From an uncultured Methanoregulaceae archaeon (GTDB lineage Archaea; Halobacteriota; Methanomicrobia; Methanomicrobiales; Methanospirillaceae), in NCBI GenBank assembly GCA_963705255.1, contig OY970061.1, positions 1,664,001 to 1,728,000 on the forward strand: a DNA stretch of 64,000 nucleotides, in the 5' to 3' direction. The position numbers were made by a program, and so were the translations under genes. The first letter of the stretch is position 1, and each line of letters begins with the position of its first letter. Below, piece after piece: positions 1-10,270 of this stretch. The notes beneath the pieces are model-generated. The model ran no database searches, was not told the origin of the DNA, and worked only from the letters and a program-made list of their open reading frames with translations.

Positions 1-1116
1 GCGATGTCCATGGGGGTCAGGTACAGGGTTGCCGACCATGCAGGAGTCACGACAGGATGAATTGCCATGTACACCGCAAGCAGCATGGTGAGAAAGATCC
101 CGAGGATAATCCCGAGTATGGCGAGGATGATGACCTGGAAGCCATAGTTGTGCATGATGACCTCCTTGTCCACCCCGATTGCCTTGAGGATCCCGATCTG
201 CCCGGCGGCTGTTGAGGGTCTTGATCGTGATGACGATGAAGAGGACGACTGTCGTGATGATGATGCTCACGATGAGGGAGACCAGGTTGATGATCGCAAA
301 ACTCTGGAACGCCGTTCCCAGGCTCTTGGAGAGCAGGTCAGAGGTAGTCTGGACCTTGTCAGCCACCCCGTACTGGATCAGCTCATTCTTTATGAAGGTC
401 TCGGAGTAGCCGGGTTTTGCCTTGACCGTGATATCCGACGCACGATCGAGCGGTACTCCAATGACCTGCTCCATATCAGTCCAGGAGACGTATGCTGCAC
501 TGTCCGCCTGGCTCCAGCCGGTGGAGTAAATGCCCTTCACCCGGTATTCCCTCGTGTAGCCGTTTGCGTACGCGACCGTGACCGAGTCCCCGACCCGGAC
601 CCCGCCGAGCGAGGGCTGGAACTCGTCTTCCTCCCGGATAGTTGGATCGCCTGCCACAGGCTTCCCGATGATGATCTCGCCCACGTCACTGTTACCCAGG
701 TAATCACCGGCGATCATTTTCGTGTAGAGCGGGGAGACATACTTCTCGTCATCGGGCATGATCGCCCGCACCGAGACCCCGAGGATACGCTTGCGATACG
801 TGAAGGTCGCGCCCTCGGTGTAATGGGGAGTGGCCCGTTCCACGCCGGGCAATCCGTTGATGAGGCCGAGCGTTGCACCAAGATTGTTGACATACTGGTC
901 GCCCGACTCGGGGCTGACCAGTACGTTCCCGACCTCGTAGTCCACGAGCTGCTTCGTTATGCTCTGCTCGATCCCGTTGAACAGGGAAGGCAGGAAGATC
1001 ATGTTGGTGAAGCACATCCCGATGATCAGGACGGTCAGGATCACGCTCGACCTGCTCCCCCGCTGGAGCGACCGCAGGGCCAGGAGGAACGCAACCTTCA
1101 GTTCTTTTTTACCCAT
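1..1116 (-). CDS. ABC transporter permease, FtsX/MacB-like (runs off window edge; apparent +1 indel near 202)
   Basis: Manual translation from ATG at 1116: MGKKELKVAFLLALRSLQRGSRSSVILTVLIIGMCFTN...; the C-terminal FtsX-type motif 'NSRRQIGILKAIG' is restored by removing one G near 202. Overlaps the 3' end of the COG1361 gene, a common arrangement. Confidence 0.8.
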   Translation of the reverse strand, partial: MGKKELKVAFLLALRSLQRGSRSSVILTVLIIGMCFTNMIFLPSLFNGIEQSITKQLVDYEVGNVLVSPESGDQYVNNLGATLGLINGLPGVERATPHYTEGATFTYRKRILGVSVRAIMPDDEKYVSPLYTKMIAGDYLGNSDVGEIIIGKPVAGDPTIREEDEFQPSLGGVRVGDSVTVAYANGYTREYRVKGIYSTGWSQADSAAYVSWTDMEQVIGVPLDRASDITVKAKPGYSETFIKNELIQYGVADKVQTTSDLLSKSLGTAFQSFAIINLVSLIVSIIITTVVLFIVITIKTLNSRRADRDPQGNRGGQGGHHAQLWLPGHHPRHTRDYPRDLSHHAACGVHGNSSCRDSCMVGNPVPDPHGHR

Positions 1117-2426
1117 GGGAAGGTTCCGTCCCCTTTCTTTGAGGGCAGGTACCAGTACCGGTAAGCGAGGAATCCGAGGATACCAAGGACGATGAGCGCG
1201 AGGACGATATTCCCGGAATTGTCAGCAGGCGGTACCCGTATGTTCATCTGCCGGGTGAGCGCGTGGGCACCCATATCGTCCACATAGGAGATCGTCAGGT
1301 TGTAGGGATAGTCACCGCCTTTCATGCCCTCGAGAAGGAAGAGCGCCGGGGCATCGTTGCCCGGCGTGATCTTGCCGATGAATGCCTCTTTTATCCCTTC
1401 GACAGGAAGGTCGACCTTTGCCGAGACCTGTTTTGCATCGCCGGTACCGGTATTCTCTATCCGGACCGTGAGGTCGAACGGGCCGTTCTCGGTGAGGCGG
1501 GGAGGATTGGTATCAACCGATACGAAACCCAGTTCCGCCTTGCCTTTCAGCATCATGGCAATATCCGCAGCCTGGGTGGTCGGGGTTCCGTCGATCATGG
1601 TGTAACCGATCGTCACCGGGACCTGTACAAGGCCGGGATTTGCCGTTTTGTCGGTGAGCAGCACGATACCGAGGGTCTCCTGCCCGCCGGGGCCGATCGT
1701 ACCGAGATGGTAGAGATCGCTCGTCTTCGGGGCCACCGTCCCGCTTACATTGGCTATGCTGATGGTGACATCATCCGCAAGGACCTGCCCCGCGTTGGTG
1801 ACCGTCAGGTTCACCGGAGCCTCATCACCGGGATTGACATCGCCGGTGAGAGAGCTGTCCAGGATCAGGATCGCCTGTTTCTGAATACCTATCGCGGTGT
1901 CCACGTTGACGGGGATCGGGTATTTCGTGCTCCTCCCGCCGTTTGTATCGATCCAGACTTCAGGAAAGTATATCCCGCTCTGGTCTGGGGCCTTTATTGA
2001 GAAGGTGATGGGGACTGACTGGCCGGGGCCGATCTCCCCTACCTGGGAAAAATCCTTCGTCAGGACATCGATCCCGTTGCCCTCCAGGTGGACATTCTGG
2101 ATATTGACATTGATGTCCGTGGTTTTTACGGTCTGGAAGGAGTTCGTGGTTATCGGCCCCGAGCTCTCGCTCACCGAGGCGCTCGATGCCGTATTTTTTA
2201 TGGTTATGGTGATCGTCCCGAGGCTGTCGGGCATGAGCACCGAGGGGCTCACCTTGTAATCGGCAATGGTGACGGTCGGTGTATCTGCAGATACCGGCAG
2301 GATGCACACGGCAAGGACTAGGAGCGCAATGATCCCCGATATGAGGAGGTTCTCCCATGGGAGGTGATCGTTCTCCCGACCCGGTCTCTTTCCATCTCGT
2401 GATGACATCGGTTTTGTCATGAACAT
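1098..2426 (-). CDS. COG1361 S-layer-family / CARDB-like Ig-repeat membrane-anchored protein
   Basis: Signal peptide (LLVLAVCILPVSA), repeated 'ITIKN/VTNAG/IENTGTGDA' Ig-like motifs, C-terminal TM helix followed by basic residues; adjacent to ABC permease. Confidence 0.8.
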   Translation of the reverse strand: MFMTKPMSSRDGKRPGRENDHLPWENLLISGIIALLVLAVCILPVSADTPTVTIADYKVSPSVLMPDSLGTITITIKNTASSASVSESSGPITTNSFQTVKTTDINVNIQNVHLEGNGIDVLTKDFSQVGEIGPGQSVPITFSIKAPDQSGIYFPEVWIDTNGGRSTKYPIPVNVDTAIGIQKQAILILDSSLTGDVNPGDEAPVNLTVTNAGQVLADDVTISIANVSGTVAPKTSDLYHLGTIGPGGQETLGIVLLTDKTANPGLVQVPVTIGYTMIDGTPTTQAADIAMMLKGKAELGFVSVDTNPPRLTENGPFDLTVRIENTGTGDAKQVSAKVDLPVEGIKEAFIGKITPGNDAPALFLLEGMKGGDYPYNLTISYVDDMGAHALTRQMNIRVPPADNSGNIVLALIVLGILGFLAYRYWYLPSKKGDGTFPWVKKN

Positions 2427-2469
2427 TCTCCGCGCCGGCCTTGACCGGGAGTTGGTTGGTATAAGGTGA

Positions 2470-2522
2470 AATACCCAAAGGTATTAAACTTACCATGGGT
2501 AATGTATCCATACTATAAGTAT
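2470..2522. promoter_or_regulatory. Three related short palindromes in the divergent promoter (candidate TetR operators)
   Basis: AATACC-CAAA-GGTATT (2470-2485), TTACC-ATG-GGTAA (2490-2502) and ATACT-ATA-AGTAT (2510-2522), spaced ~20 bp apart between the divergent tetR and S-layer/ABC genes. Confidence 0.45.
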
Positions 2523-2563
2523 AGCGTAAAAGCGCAGCGGTTTTTTATCATCCGCGCGGGAAG

Positions 2564-3158
2564 GTGAACACCCTGCCGAGAATACTGCCGGGATACCGGG
2601 ATGAAGTCAGGAAGAAGATCGTGACCTCAGCCCACAACCTCTTTCTCCGGAAAGGTTACCACGGGACCACGATGGAGGAGATTGCCGACAGTCTTGGTGT
2701 GACCAAGCCGGCGCTGTACCAGGTACTTTCCCGGCAAGGAGGACCTGTTCGCGGCGGTTGCCGAGCACAGCCGGGAGGAAATGGCGGCGATCCTCAGGCG
2801 GTCGTATAACAAAAAGGATCTCAGGACAGGAAGTGCCATACTTTTCGATTCCCTCGTGGGGTACATCCCCCAGTTTAATGGCATGTACGCGGAGCTGATG
2901 CTCCTTGCGGTTCATAACACCGAAATCCAGAAGATCCTCGCACGCGACAGGGCCGAGGACCTCCGGGTCATCGAGCAGTTCGTCGCAGGCCAGCAGGAGA
3001 ACGGGCTCGTCTCGGGAAGGCTCAATGCCCGGACGCTTGCGGTTGCCTGCGATGCCCTGATCGACGGCCTCCTCATGGACATCATGATGGGCATGGACAC
3101 GGAGGAGGCCAGGGGCATCTGGCTGGATGCTGTCACAAGACTCGTACGGGTGGAGTGA
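2564..3158 (+). CDS. TetR/AcrR family transcriptional regulator (indel near 2722)
   Basis: HTH 'FLRKGYHGTTMEEIADSLGVTKPALYQ' continues as 'YFPGKEDLF' in another frame, then joins ORF 2781-3158. Confidence 0.85.
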
Positions 3159-3277
3159 TCCCCCCTCCGGGGTAACCACATTTTTTTGACCTGAAAATTC
3201 AGGACTGCAAAACCTGTCTTCAGTATCGCACTGGAGCGGACACGAACTGTTCAGCGGTTGTTCACGGATCAGTACGA

Positions 3278-4204
3278 TCATTTCCGGGCAGACGCTTCGC
3301 TCGTGGGGACGATGCAGACAACACTGCCGGGAATTTTGGCCTCAAGCGACCCTTTCAGGGAATCGGTGAACTCCTGTACCTCTCCCATCCTCTGCTCCGG
3401 GTCGAACCCGAGGAAGATCTCGATGTAGATGGTACTCCCGGACCGGCGCGAGCGGACGCCATGGAAATCATGGTACCTGTGGAACGAGGAGCTCAGTTCC
3501 CGGAGGATGACAAGCTGGAGCTCTTCCTCAAGGGTCTGGTCGAAGAGATCCGGGAGGGAGGAGGAGATCTCCCGGTACCCCGCGAGCAGCAGGAACCCGA
3601 TGATGATAAACGAGAATGCCGGATCGATATACTCCGCCCAGCTGTACTGGACGAGGAGAACAGACAGTACCAGCGTAAGGAGGATCAACACGTCGGAGAA
3701 GGTCTTGGCCCGCCGGAGCCGCCACTGGGCCTCCATGATAGGGGTGGGATCCTTCTGCGCACGCCGGTAGTTTTTCTGCCAGTGGTATGAGTCCGCGATG
3801 CTGGCAAGGACCATGAGGGGGATACCGATAAAGGCGGCATCCATATCGAAACGTTCTGGAACAAGAAGCCTCCGGACGGTGAAGACGATGAGGATACAGA
3901 GGGATACGAACATCACGCCACCGGTGATGATCCTCGTGAGGGTCTCGAATTTTCCCATTCCGTAATCGTACGTGAACTTCCCGCCCCGGGTCACCCTCCG
4001 TATGATCAGGAGGGCAAAGGAAGTGGCGAGGATCTCGTTCGCGCACTTGATGGCATCGGCAAACAGGGTGGCTGACCCGGAGAGGATGACCGCTGCGATC
4101 TCGGGTACCAGGATGATGATGTCAAGGCAGAGCCCGGTAAAGACCAGCTGCTCCCGGGATTCCCCGTCTTTACCAGCCTCCGGATTGATCTCGTTGCCAG
4201 ACAT
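3278..4204 (-). CDS. Cation diffusion facilitator family transporter
   Basis: Six TM helices, 'SGSATLFADA', 'YDYGMGKFE', 'IDPAFS' and the C-terminal dimerisation domain 'VRSRRSGSTIYIEI'. Confidence 0.85.
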   Translation of the reverse strand: MSGNEINPEAGKDGESREQLVFTGLCLDIIILVPEIAAVILSGSATLFADAIKCANEILATSFALLIIRRVTRGGKFTYDYGMGKFETLTRIITGGVMFVSLCILIVFTVRRLLVPERFDMDAAFIGIPLMVLASIADSYHWQKNYRRAQKDPTPIMEAQWRLRRAKTFSDVLILLTLVLSVLLVQYSWAEYIDPAFSFIIIGFLLLAGYREISSSLPDLFDQTLEEELQLVILRELSSSFHRYHDFHGVRSRRSGSTIYIEIFLGFDPEQRMGEVQEFTDSLKGSLEAKIPGSVVCIVPTSEASARK

Positions 4205-4308
4205 GTATCTCTGTAGATGTATGGCAGGAACACTAAAAAAACTACAGGGGGGGGTGGAGTGATCAAAGTGGTTGTAAAAAAACACGACCTAATGGAGGGG
4301 ACAGTGCC

Positions 4309-4628
4309 ACAGCGAAGAACCTTATGGTTCTTCTTGTGGGTTCATCCCCGATTCACTACAGCGAAGAACCTTATGGTTCTTCTTGTGGGTTCATCCCCGA
4401 TTCACTACAGCGAAGAACCTTATGGTTCTTCTTGTGGGTTCATCCCCGATTCACTACAGCGAAGAACCTTATGGTTCTTCTTGTGGGTTCATCCCCGATT
4501 CACTACAGCGAAGAACCTTATGGTTCTTCTTGTGGGTTCATCCCCGATTCACTACAGCGAAGAACCTTATGGTTCTTCTTGTGGGTTCATCCCCGATTCA
4601 CTACAGCGAAGATCCGTATAGTTCTTCT
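4309..4628. repeat. Perfect 49-bp tandem repeat x6 plus a degenerate partial 7th copy
   Basis: AGCGAAGAACCTTATGGTTCTTCTTGTGGGTTCATCCCCGATTCACTAC starts at 4311, 4360, 4409, 4458, 4507 and 4556; degenerate copy at 4605. Each unit holds the hairpin GAAGAACC-TTAT-GGTTCTTC. Confidence 0.95.
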
Positions 4629-5087
4629 CGCATCCTACCAGCCGTTAGGGGCAGGTATGCTGTTCCCCCGGACCGCCCCTGCGCTTTGCGGGATGTGCGT
4701 ATTACCTTTTTGGGAATTATCGTTCTATGGGGGATGCCACCTATGAAAATAGCACTATTCAGAATGTAATGAGGAGTGAATCCTGCCATATCTTCTGTTA
4801 CTATAAACGCCGTCGCTCCTGACCAGCCCCCCGCGGCGGATCCGTGACCACGAGCAAAATTAAAAATTCCTTCATGCCCCGCTGTGCCTCGGAGAGGCCC
4901 TGAGGCGGGGGAGCCTCACTGATATTGACTACTATTACAATTTCATTACCCGTTATGAACAAATACGTTGTCGCGGCTTTCCAAAGCAAATCCTGATCTT
5001 TCCACCCCACGTCATGAACCGTGCTTGACAATCCCGGGAAAATGTAAAAACTGGAACTCGCAATTTTCTTGAAAAAAATGTGAGACT

Positions 5088-6782
5088 TCACTTGTGCGTG
5101 AAGTACGCCGATACCCCATCCTCACCGGCAGCATCGATCTTCGCAAAGCCGACCCGCTCGAACTGGACGACCTTCCCACGCTCGTTCACGACAGCAGGTT
5201 CGCAGGCGCCGGCGATATCGCCTTCCTGCGTCCGGAGCGTACAGGGAATCTGGTCTGCAACGGGCAGCCACTGGATGATCGGGGCCTTTGCCACCCGGGC
5301 ATCGGCCAGCGAGTCACCGGCATAGGTGAGATGCGGCCTGCCATGGTCGTACTCCACCGTGACATTGAACAGGTCCTTGAGCCGGATCAGGGGCCTGTCT
5401 TTGTGTTCCAGCTCCGCGGCAGGGAGGGCGACGGCGCCGGTGAAAGCAAGCGTCCGCACTCCCCGCTTCTCGTCGGCGGGATGAAGGAGAGCATGGGTTG
5501 TCCGCTGCGGGGCTGTATGGATTAAAATGGTCACCGGATCTGCAACAAAGAAGTAGCGGTTCGCGACCGGGTCGACAAGTTTCCTGTTCTCGGCATAGAG
5601 ATTGTCCCACGAGAACGAGATGTCCACATCCCCGATGCCGATCGCGATCATCGCGTTCCTGACCGCCTCGGGCAGGATCCCCCGCCGGGCGAGGGCGCGG
5701 AGGGTCCCGAGCCGGATATCGTCCCAGCCGGTGTACGTTCCATCCTTGATTCCAAGACGCATCTGGGATGTGGAGAGGACGACCCCCTCGATCCCCATCC
5801 TGCCGTAGTGACGGTAGACCGGGACCTTCCAGCCGAAGTGGTCGTAGATGTAGCGCTGCCGGCGGGTGTTCGCGATATGGTCCTTGCCCCGGATCACGTG
5901 CGTCACGCCAAGCAGGTGGTCGTCTGCCACCACCGAGAAGTTCATAAGCGGGTACACATGGGCCTTCACTTTCGGGTGTGGGGGTGCATCGAGGATCCGG
6001 AACGCGGGGAAGTCCCTCATCGCCGGGTCAGGGTGGGAAAGGTCGGTCCTGATCCGGACTGAGGCCTCGCCTTCCCTGAAACCGTGGTCGAGCATCTTCT
6101 GCCAGAGTTCAAGGTTCTTCTCCACGGGAAGATCACGGCACGGGCAGGCCGCCTTTGCCTGCTTGAGCTCCTTGAACCGCTCGTTGTCGCAGGTGCAGAC
6201 GTACGCCCCGCCCCGCTCGATCAGCTGTTTACAGAGATCGTAGTAGATCGGGAGGCGCTCGCTCTGGGTCACCGTCTCCGTAATGCCAAGCCCGAGCCAT
6301 TGGATGTCCTCCCTGACAGTCTCGTATGCCTCAGGGTCAACGCGTTTCGGGTCGGTGTCCTCGATGCGGAGGATATACCGCCCGCCGTACTGCTTCACGT
6401 ACGCATCGTTCAGCGCAGCTGCCCGGGCGTGGCCGATGTGGAGCGGGCCCGAGGGGTTCGGGGCAAACCGCATGACCACGCCCTTTTCAGCTCCTTCAAG
6501 TTCGGGGAGCACCTTCCTGCGCTCGTGCTTCTCTGACAGGGCGGCAAACATCTCTGGTGCCCGTGCCTGCAGGGTCGCGACCCGTTCTTCAGGAGACAGC
6601 GCCGCAACAGTGGCGATCGCTTCCTTTGCAAGGGCAGAGACCTCCTTTGCCCTGCTCCGGAGTTCCGGGTGGGCGCCCATCACCATCCCGATGACCGCGC
6701 CCGCCTGGGGGACGCCCCCGTGTTTCACCGCGTTCTGCAGTGCACACAAAAAGAGGATCTCCTGTGGATCGTCCCCGGCCAT
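5088..6782 (-). CDS. gltX: Glutamate--tRNA ligase (archaeal)
   Basis: 'RFAPNPSGPLHIGH' HIGH motif, 'LRIEDTDP', 'THVIRGKDH', 'LSTS', 'QFERVGF'. Confidence 0.97.
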   Translation of the reverse strand: MAGDDPQEILFLCALQNAVKHGGVPQAGAVIGMVMGAHPELRSRAKEVSALAKEAIATVAALSPEERVATLQARAPEMFAALSEKHERRKVLPELEGAEKGVVMRFAPNPSGPLHIGHARAAALNDAYVKQYGGRYILRIEDTDPKRVDPEAYETVREDIQWLGLGITETVTQSERLPIYYDLCKQLIERGGAYVCTCDNERFKELKQAKAACPCRDLPVEKNLELWQKMLDHGFREGEASVRIRTDLSHPDPAMRDFPAFRILDAPPHPKVKAHVYPLMNFSVVADDHLLGVTHVIRGKDHIANTRRQRYIYDHFGWKVPVYRHYGRMGIEGVVLSTSQMRLGIKDGTYTGWDDIRLGTLRALARRGILPEAVRNAMIAIGIGDVDISFSWDNLYAENRKLVDPVANRYFFVADPVTILIHTAPQRTTHALLHPADEKRGVRTLAFTGAVALPAAELEHKDRPLIRLKDLFNVTVEYDHGRPHLTYAGDSLADARVAKAPIIQWLPVADQIPCTLRTQEGDIAGACEPAVVNERGKVVQFERVGFAKIDAAGEDGVSAYFTHK

Positions 6783-6787
6783 CCTGA

Positions 6788-7750
6788 TCAGCTCCGGGTC
6801 ACGAAGAATTCGCCGATGTCCATCAGGAGCTGGCGTTCTTTTGAGGGAGGGAGGAGGGAGATGTGCCGGTTGCTGTCGGCCACGAGATCGGCTGCGATCT
6901 TTTTCACCTCATCGATCACACCGGCGTCGGTGAGCTCCCTGACCGCTGCCTCGATGTCGTCACGGGAAAGTTCCCGCCGGTATTTCAGCAGGTCGAGGCC
7001 CTTTTCCCGGGCCTTGATCATGATGAGGGTCTGTTTGCCCTCGCGGAGGTCGGAGGCCCGGTCCTTCCCGCTCTTCTCGGCGGGGGTCAGGAGATCGATC
7101 AGGTCGTCCTGGATCTGGAACGCGATGCCGGTGTTGAGCCCGAAGTTGTAGAGGGCCTTCACCTGGACCGCGTTGCCGCCGGCGAGGACCGCACCGATAC
7201 CTGCCGCCGCGGCATAGAGGACCCCGGTCTTCTTCCTGACCATCTCCATGTATTCGCCTTCGTCGACGTCCGTGCGGTGCTCGAAGGACATGTCCATGTG
7301 CTGCCCCTCGCAGATATCGGCACAGGCTCTGGCGAGCATGGTCACGGCCCTGAGCTTGGCATCGTCCTTTGCGTTGACAAGACAGAGGTGCTCGAAGGCG
7401 CGGGCATAGAGCACGTCCCCGGCGAGGATGCCGGTTGGCATGTCCCACTTCGTGTGCACGGTCTGCACGCCACGACGCAGGCTGTCGTCGTCCATGATAT
7501 CGTCATGGATGAGCGTGAAGGTGTGGGTCACCTCGAGCGCAAGGGCGGCATGCAGGATCTCGTCCGAGCTCCCGTGTTTCACCGCATCCGCTGCCAGCAG
7601 GACGACCGCAGGGCGGAGCCTCTTGCCCCCTGCGGCAAGGAGGTGGGCGGAAGCCTTGTTCAGTTCACCAGCCTTGTCAACAAAATAGCGGTCGATCATG
7701 TGATCGATCTGCTTTGCGACCGATTCCAGATACGGTGAAAGTTCCGACAT
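6788..7750 (-). CDS. idsA: Geranylgeranyl diphosphate synthase (polyprenyl synthetase)
   Basis: 'GGKRLRP', FARM 'LIHDDIMDDDSLRRG', SARM 'FQIQDDLID', 'SDLREGK'. Confidence 0.93.
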   Translation of the reverse strand: MSELSPYLESVAKQIDHMIDRYFVDKAGELNKASAHLLAAGGKRLRPAVVLLAADAVKHGSSDEILHAALALEVTHTFTLIHDDIMDDDSLRRGVQTVHTKWDMPTGILAGDVLYARAFEHLCLVNAKDDAKLRAVTMLARACADICEGQHMDMSFEHRTDVDEGEYMEMVRKKTGVLYAAAAGIGAVLAGGNAVQVKALYNFGLNTGIAFQIQDDLIDLLTPAEKSGKDRASDLREGKQTLIMIKAREKGLDLLKYRRELSRDDIEAAVRELTDAGVIDEVKKIAADLVADSNRHISLLPPSKERQLLMDIGEFFVTRS

Positions 7751-7768
7751 TGATTCTCCCCGGATTTT

Positions 7769-9106
7769 TCAGTTGATCTTGAGCCTCTGGCCGTTCTTCA
7801 TCAGGTGGACCGTGGAGTGGGCGGTATAGCCGAGCTCGCTGACGAAGTCCGTGTAGCTTGCCGTCATCCGCAGGGTACCGTGGGCCGGGATGATGTGCTG
7901 CGGGTTCAGCAGGTGGACGAACTCGTAGTGGTCCTCGCGGTACGCGTGGCCGCTCACGTGGAGGTCCTCGAAGATGCGGGCACCTGCCAGTTTGAGGTGC
8001 TGCTCGATCAGGTAGCGCTGACCGAAGTTGAGCGGGTTCGGGATGACCTTTGCCGAAAAGATCACCTTGTCGCCCTTGGTCAGCTGGTACGGAGTGTCGC
8101 CCAGTGCAAGCCGGGTGAGGATCGAACCGGGTTCGCCCTGGTGGCCGGTGACAATCGGCAGGAACTTGTCTTTCCCGGCCTTCATCATCCGGCGCATGGT
8201 GCGGTCGACCGTCCGCCGGTTCCCGAAGACGCTCGTGGTCTCCGGGAACGAGACGAGCTTCATCTGTTCGGCCGTGACCGAGTACTTCTCCATCGAGCGG
8301 CCGAGAAGGACGGGTTTCCTCCCGATCTCGTGAGCACACTCGGCAATCGTCTTGACACGGGCGATGTGGGACGAGAACGTAGAGACGATGATCGCGTTCT
8401 TGTCATCCTCGTAGCTCGTGATCGTGTCCCGGACAAGGTCGCGGGCGATCCGCTCGCTCGGCGCCCTGCCGGGGAGATCGATGTTGGTGCTCTCGACGAT
8501 CAGCGCAAGCACGCCTTCCTTGCCTATCTGCCGGAAGCGGGCAAAGTCCGGGGGTTCCCCGATGACCGGCGTCCGGTCCAGCTTGAAGTCGCAGGCATAC
8601 ACGATCGCACCGTGCGGCGTGTGGAGGACGGGAGTCACGGTGTCGATGATCGAGTGCTGGGTCCTGACAAACTCTAAGACAAGGTTCTGGGAGAGGGTGT
8701 ACCGCTGCCCAGACTTGAGCGCGAAGAGCTTGTTGTTCACGCCGAACTTCTGTTCCCCGGAGATCTGCTGCCGGATCAGTTCGGTCGTGTACGGGGTGGA
8801 GATGATCGGTGCGCTGTACCGGTGCGCCAGCTTCGGTATGGCCCCGATATGGTCGAGGTGCCCGTGGGAGCAGACGATGGCCCTGACGGTCCCCTCGACC
8901 GAGTTCATCATCGTGTCATCCGGTATCGCCTTGATCTTGATGAGATCAAGGGAGTGCATATTCTCTATCTCCGCGTCCTCGTGGATCATTACCTGGTCCA
9001 GGCGGAGTCCCATGTCAAATATGACAATTTCCTTTCCGCAGCGGACGGCGGTCATATTCCGCCCGACCTCGTCGTATCCGCCCACTGCAATAATCTCTAT
9101 ATCCAT
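7769..9106 (-). CDS. rnj: RNase J family beta-CASP ribonuclease
   Basis: 'AVGGYDEVGRNM', 'SHGHLDHIG', 'TGHQGEP', 'LHVSGHA'; conserved position between fni and idsA. Confidence 0.95.
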   Translation of the reverse strand: MDIEIIAVGGYDEVGRNMTAVRCGKEIVIFDMGLRLDQVMIHEDAEIENMHSLDLIKIKAIPDDTMMNSVEGTVRAIVCSHGHLDHIGAIPKLAHRYSAPIISTPYTTELIRQQISGEQKFGVNNKLFALKSGQRYTLSQNLVLEFVRTQHSIIDTVTPVLHTPHGAIVYACDFKLDRTPVIGEPPDFARFRQIGKEGVLALIVESTNIDLPGRAPSERIARDLVRDTITSYEDDKNAIIVSTFSSHIARVKTIAECAHEIGRKPVLLGRSMEKYSVTAEQMKLVSFPETTSVFGNRRTVDRTMRRMMKAGKDKFLPIVTGHQGEPGSILTRLALGDTPYQLTKGDKVIFSAKVIPNPLNFGQRYLIEQHLKLAGARIFEDLHVSGHAYREDHYEFVHLLNPQHIIPAHGTLRMTASYTDFVSELGYTAHSTVHLMKNGQRLKIN

Positions 9107-9178
9107 GTTGTATCTCCTGTGTTTTCATCCAGGGTATTTTTGGTAAAAATTCCCTGTTCTGGTCTTTCTGGTGTGGAA

Positions 9179-10270
9179 TTACTTCCTGATTCTCGCAGGG
9201 TTGTCCTTGTCGATCATCTGGCGCGTCCTGCCCGTGAGGTAGAGCGGTGCCTTCCTGAGGTCGGCAACCCGTGCCGACCCGGTCAGGAACATGGCAACGG
9301 TCAGTTCCCGGTGGATCGCGTCGATGGCGCTCGCGAGGACCTCGTCGCTCTCCATGGCCGGAGCGAGCAGCGGCAGTGCCATGCCGCAGAGGTCTGCCCC
9401 GAAGGCAAGCCCTTTGGCAATATCGAGACCGCTCCTGATGCCGCCGGAAGCGATGACCGGACCACCGGTCGCGAGCACCTCGGCAAGGCTGATGACGGTG
9501 GGAATTCCCCAGCCGGCGAAGTCCTGCCCGAGCGCTTTCAGGGCCTTGTCCTTCGCGCTGGCGCTCTCGTCTGCCCGCACGCTCTCGACCGCGGCCCACG
9601 AGGTCCCGCCCCAGCCAGCGGTGTCGATGGCCCGGACTCCTTTGCCCCAGCACGCCCGTGCCGTTGCTGCCGATATCCCGCACCCGGTCTCCTTGACGAT
9701 GACCGGGGTCCTGAGATCCCTGCAGAGTTCCCCGATCGCGTCAAGGCAGCCAGTGGCATTGTGGTCGCCTTCCGGCTGGATGGCTTCCTGCAGGAAGTTC
9801 AGGTGGATGGCAATGGCATCCGCCCCGATCATGTCGATGGCCTGTTCCGCCCATCCGGTGCCATGGTCACGGAGCTGGACTGCCCCGAGGTTTGCCACGA
9901 GAAAGGCACGGGGGGCCTCGTCCCTGACAATGGAGAACGTGTCCGCGAGCTCAGGGTTTTCGAGGGCCGCCCGCTGGGAACCGACACCCATGCCGATCCC
10001 GTAGCGTTCCGCTGCCCTCGCAAGCCGTGCGTTGACGTCTTTTGTCCCGGGATGACCCCCGGTCATCGCCGATATGAAGAGGGGGGAGCGGAAGGTGTGG
10101 CCAAGGAAGCGGGTGGCGAGGCTGATGCTCCCCATGTCGCATTCCGGCAGGGCATTGTGCACGAACCTGATATCCGAAAACCCGGCGTCGCCGCTCTCGA
10201 CCTCCTTCTCTGCGCAGATGCGCAGGTGGTCCAGTTTCCTTAACGACGTGAACTTCAGCTTGTCTTTCAT
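9179..10270 (-). CDS. fni: Type 2 isopentenyl-diphosphate delta-isomerase
   Basis: 'RKLDHL', 'ISAMTGG', 'GVGSQRAAL', 'HLNFLQEAIQPEGD', 'VKETGCG'. Confidence 0.96.
   Translation of the reverse strand: MKDKLKFTSLRKLDHLRICAEKEVESGDAGFSDIRFVHNALPECDMGSISLATRFLGHTFRSPLFISAMTGGHPGTKDVNARLARAAERYGIGMGVGSQRAALENPELADTFSIVRDEAPRAFLVANLGAVQLRDHGTGWAEQAIDMIGADAIAIHLNFLQEAIQPEGDHNATGCLDAIGELCRDLRTPVIVKETGCGISAATARACWGKGVRAIDTAGWGGTSWAAVESVRADESASAKDKALKALGQDFAGWGIPTVISLAEVLATGGPVIASGGIRSGLDIAKGLAFGADLCGMALPLLAPAMESDEVLASAIDAIHRELTVAMFLTGSARVADLRKAPLYLTGRTRQMIDKDNPARIRK

Noticed and set aside
148-1164. Long antisense ORFs (e.g. 148-1164, 8822-10243, 27414-28805, 47597-49303)
   Set aside because: Shadow ORFs opposite well-supported genes in GC-rich DNA, with no recognisable motifs.
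4309-4628. CRISPR array
   Set aside because: The units are fully identical with no unique spacers and no cas genes nearby; this is a tandem repeat. The repetitive ORFs across it come from the 49-bp period.
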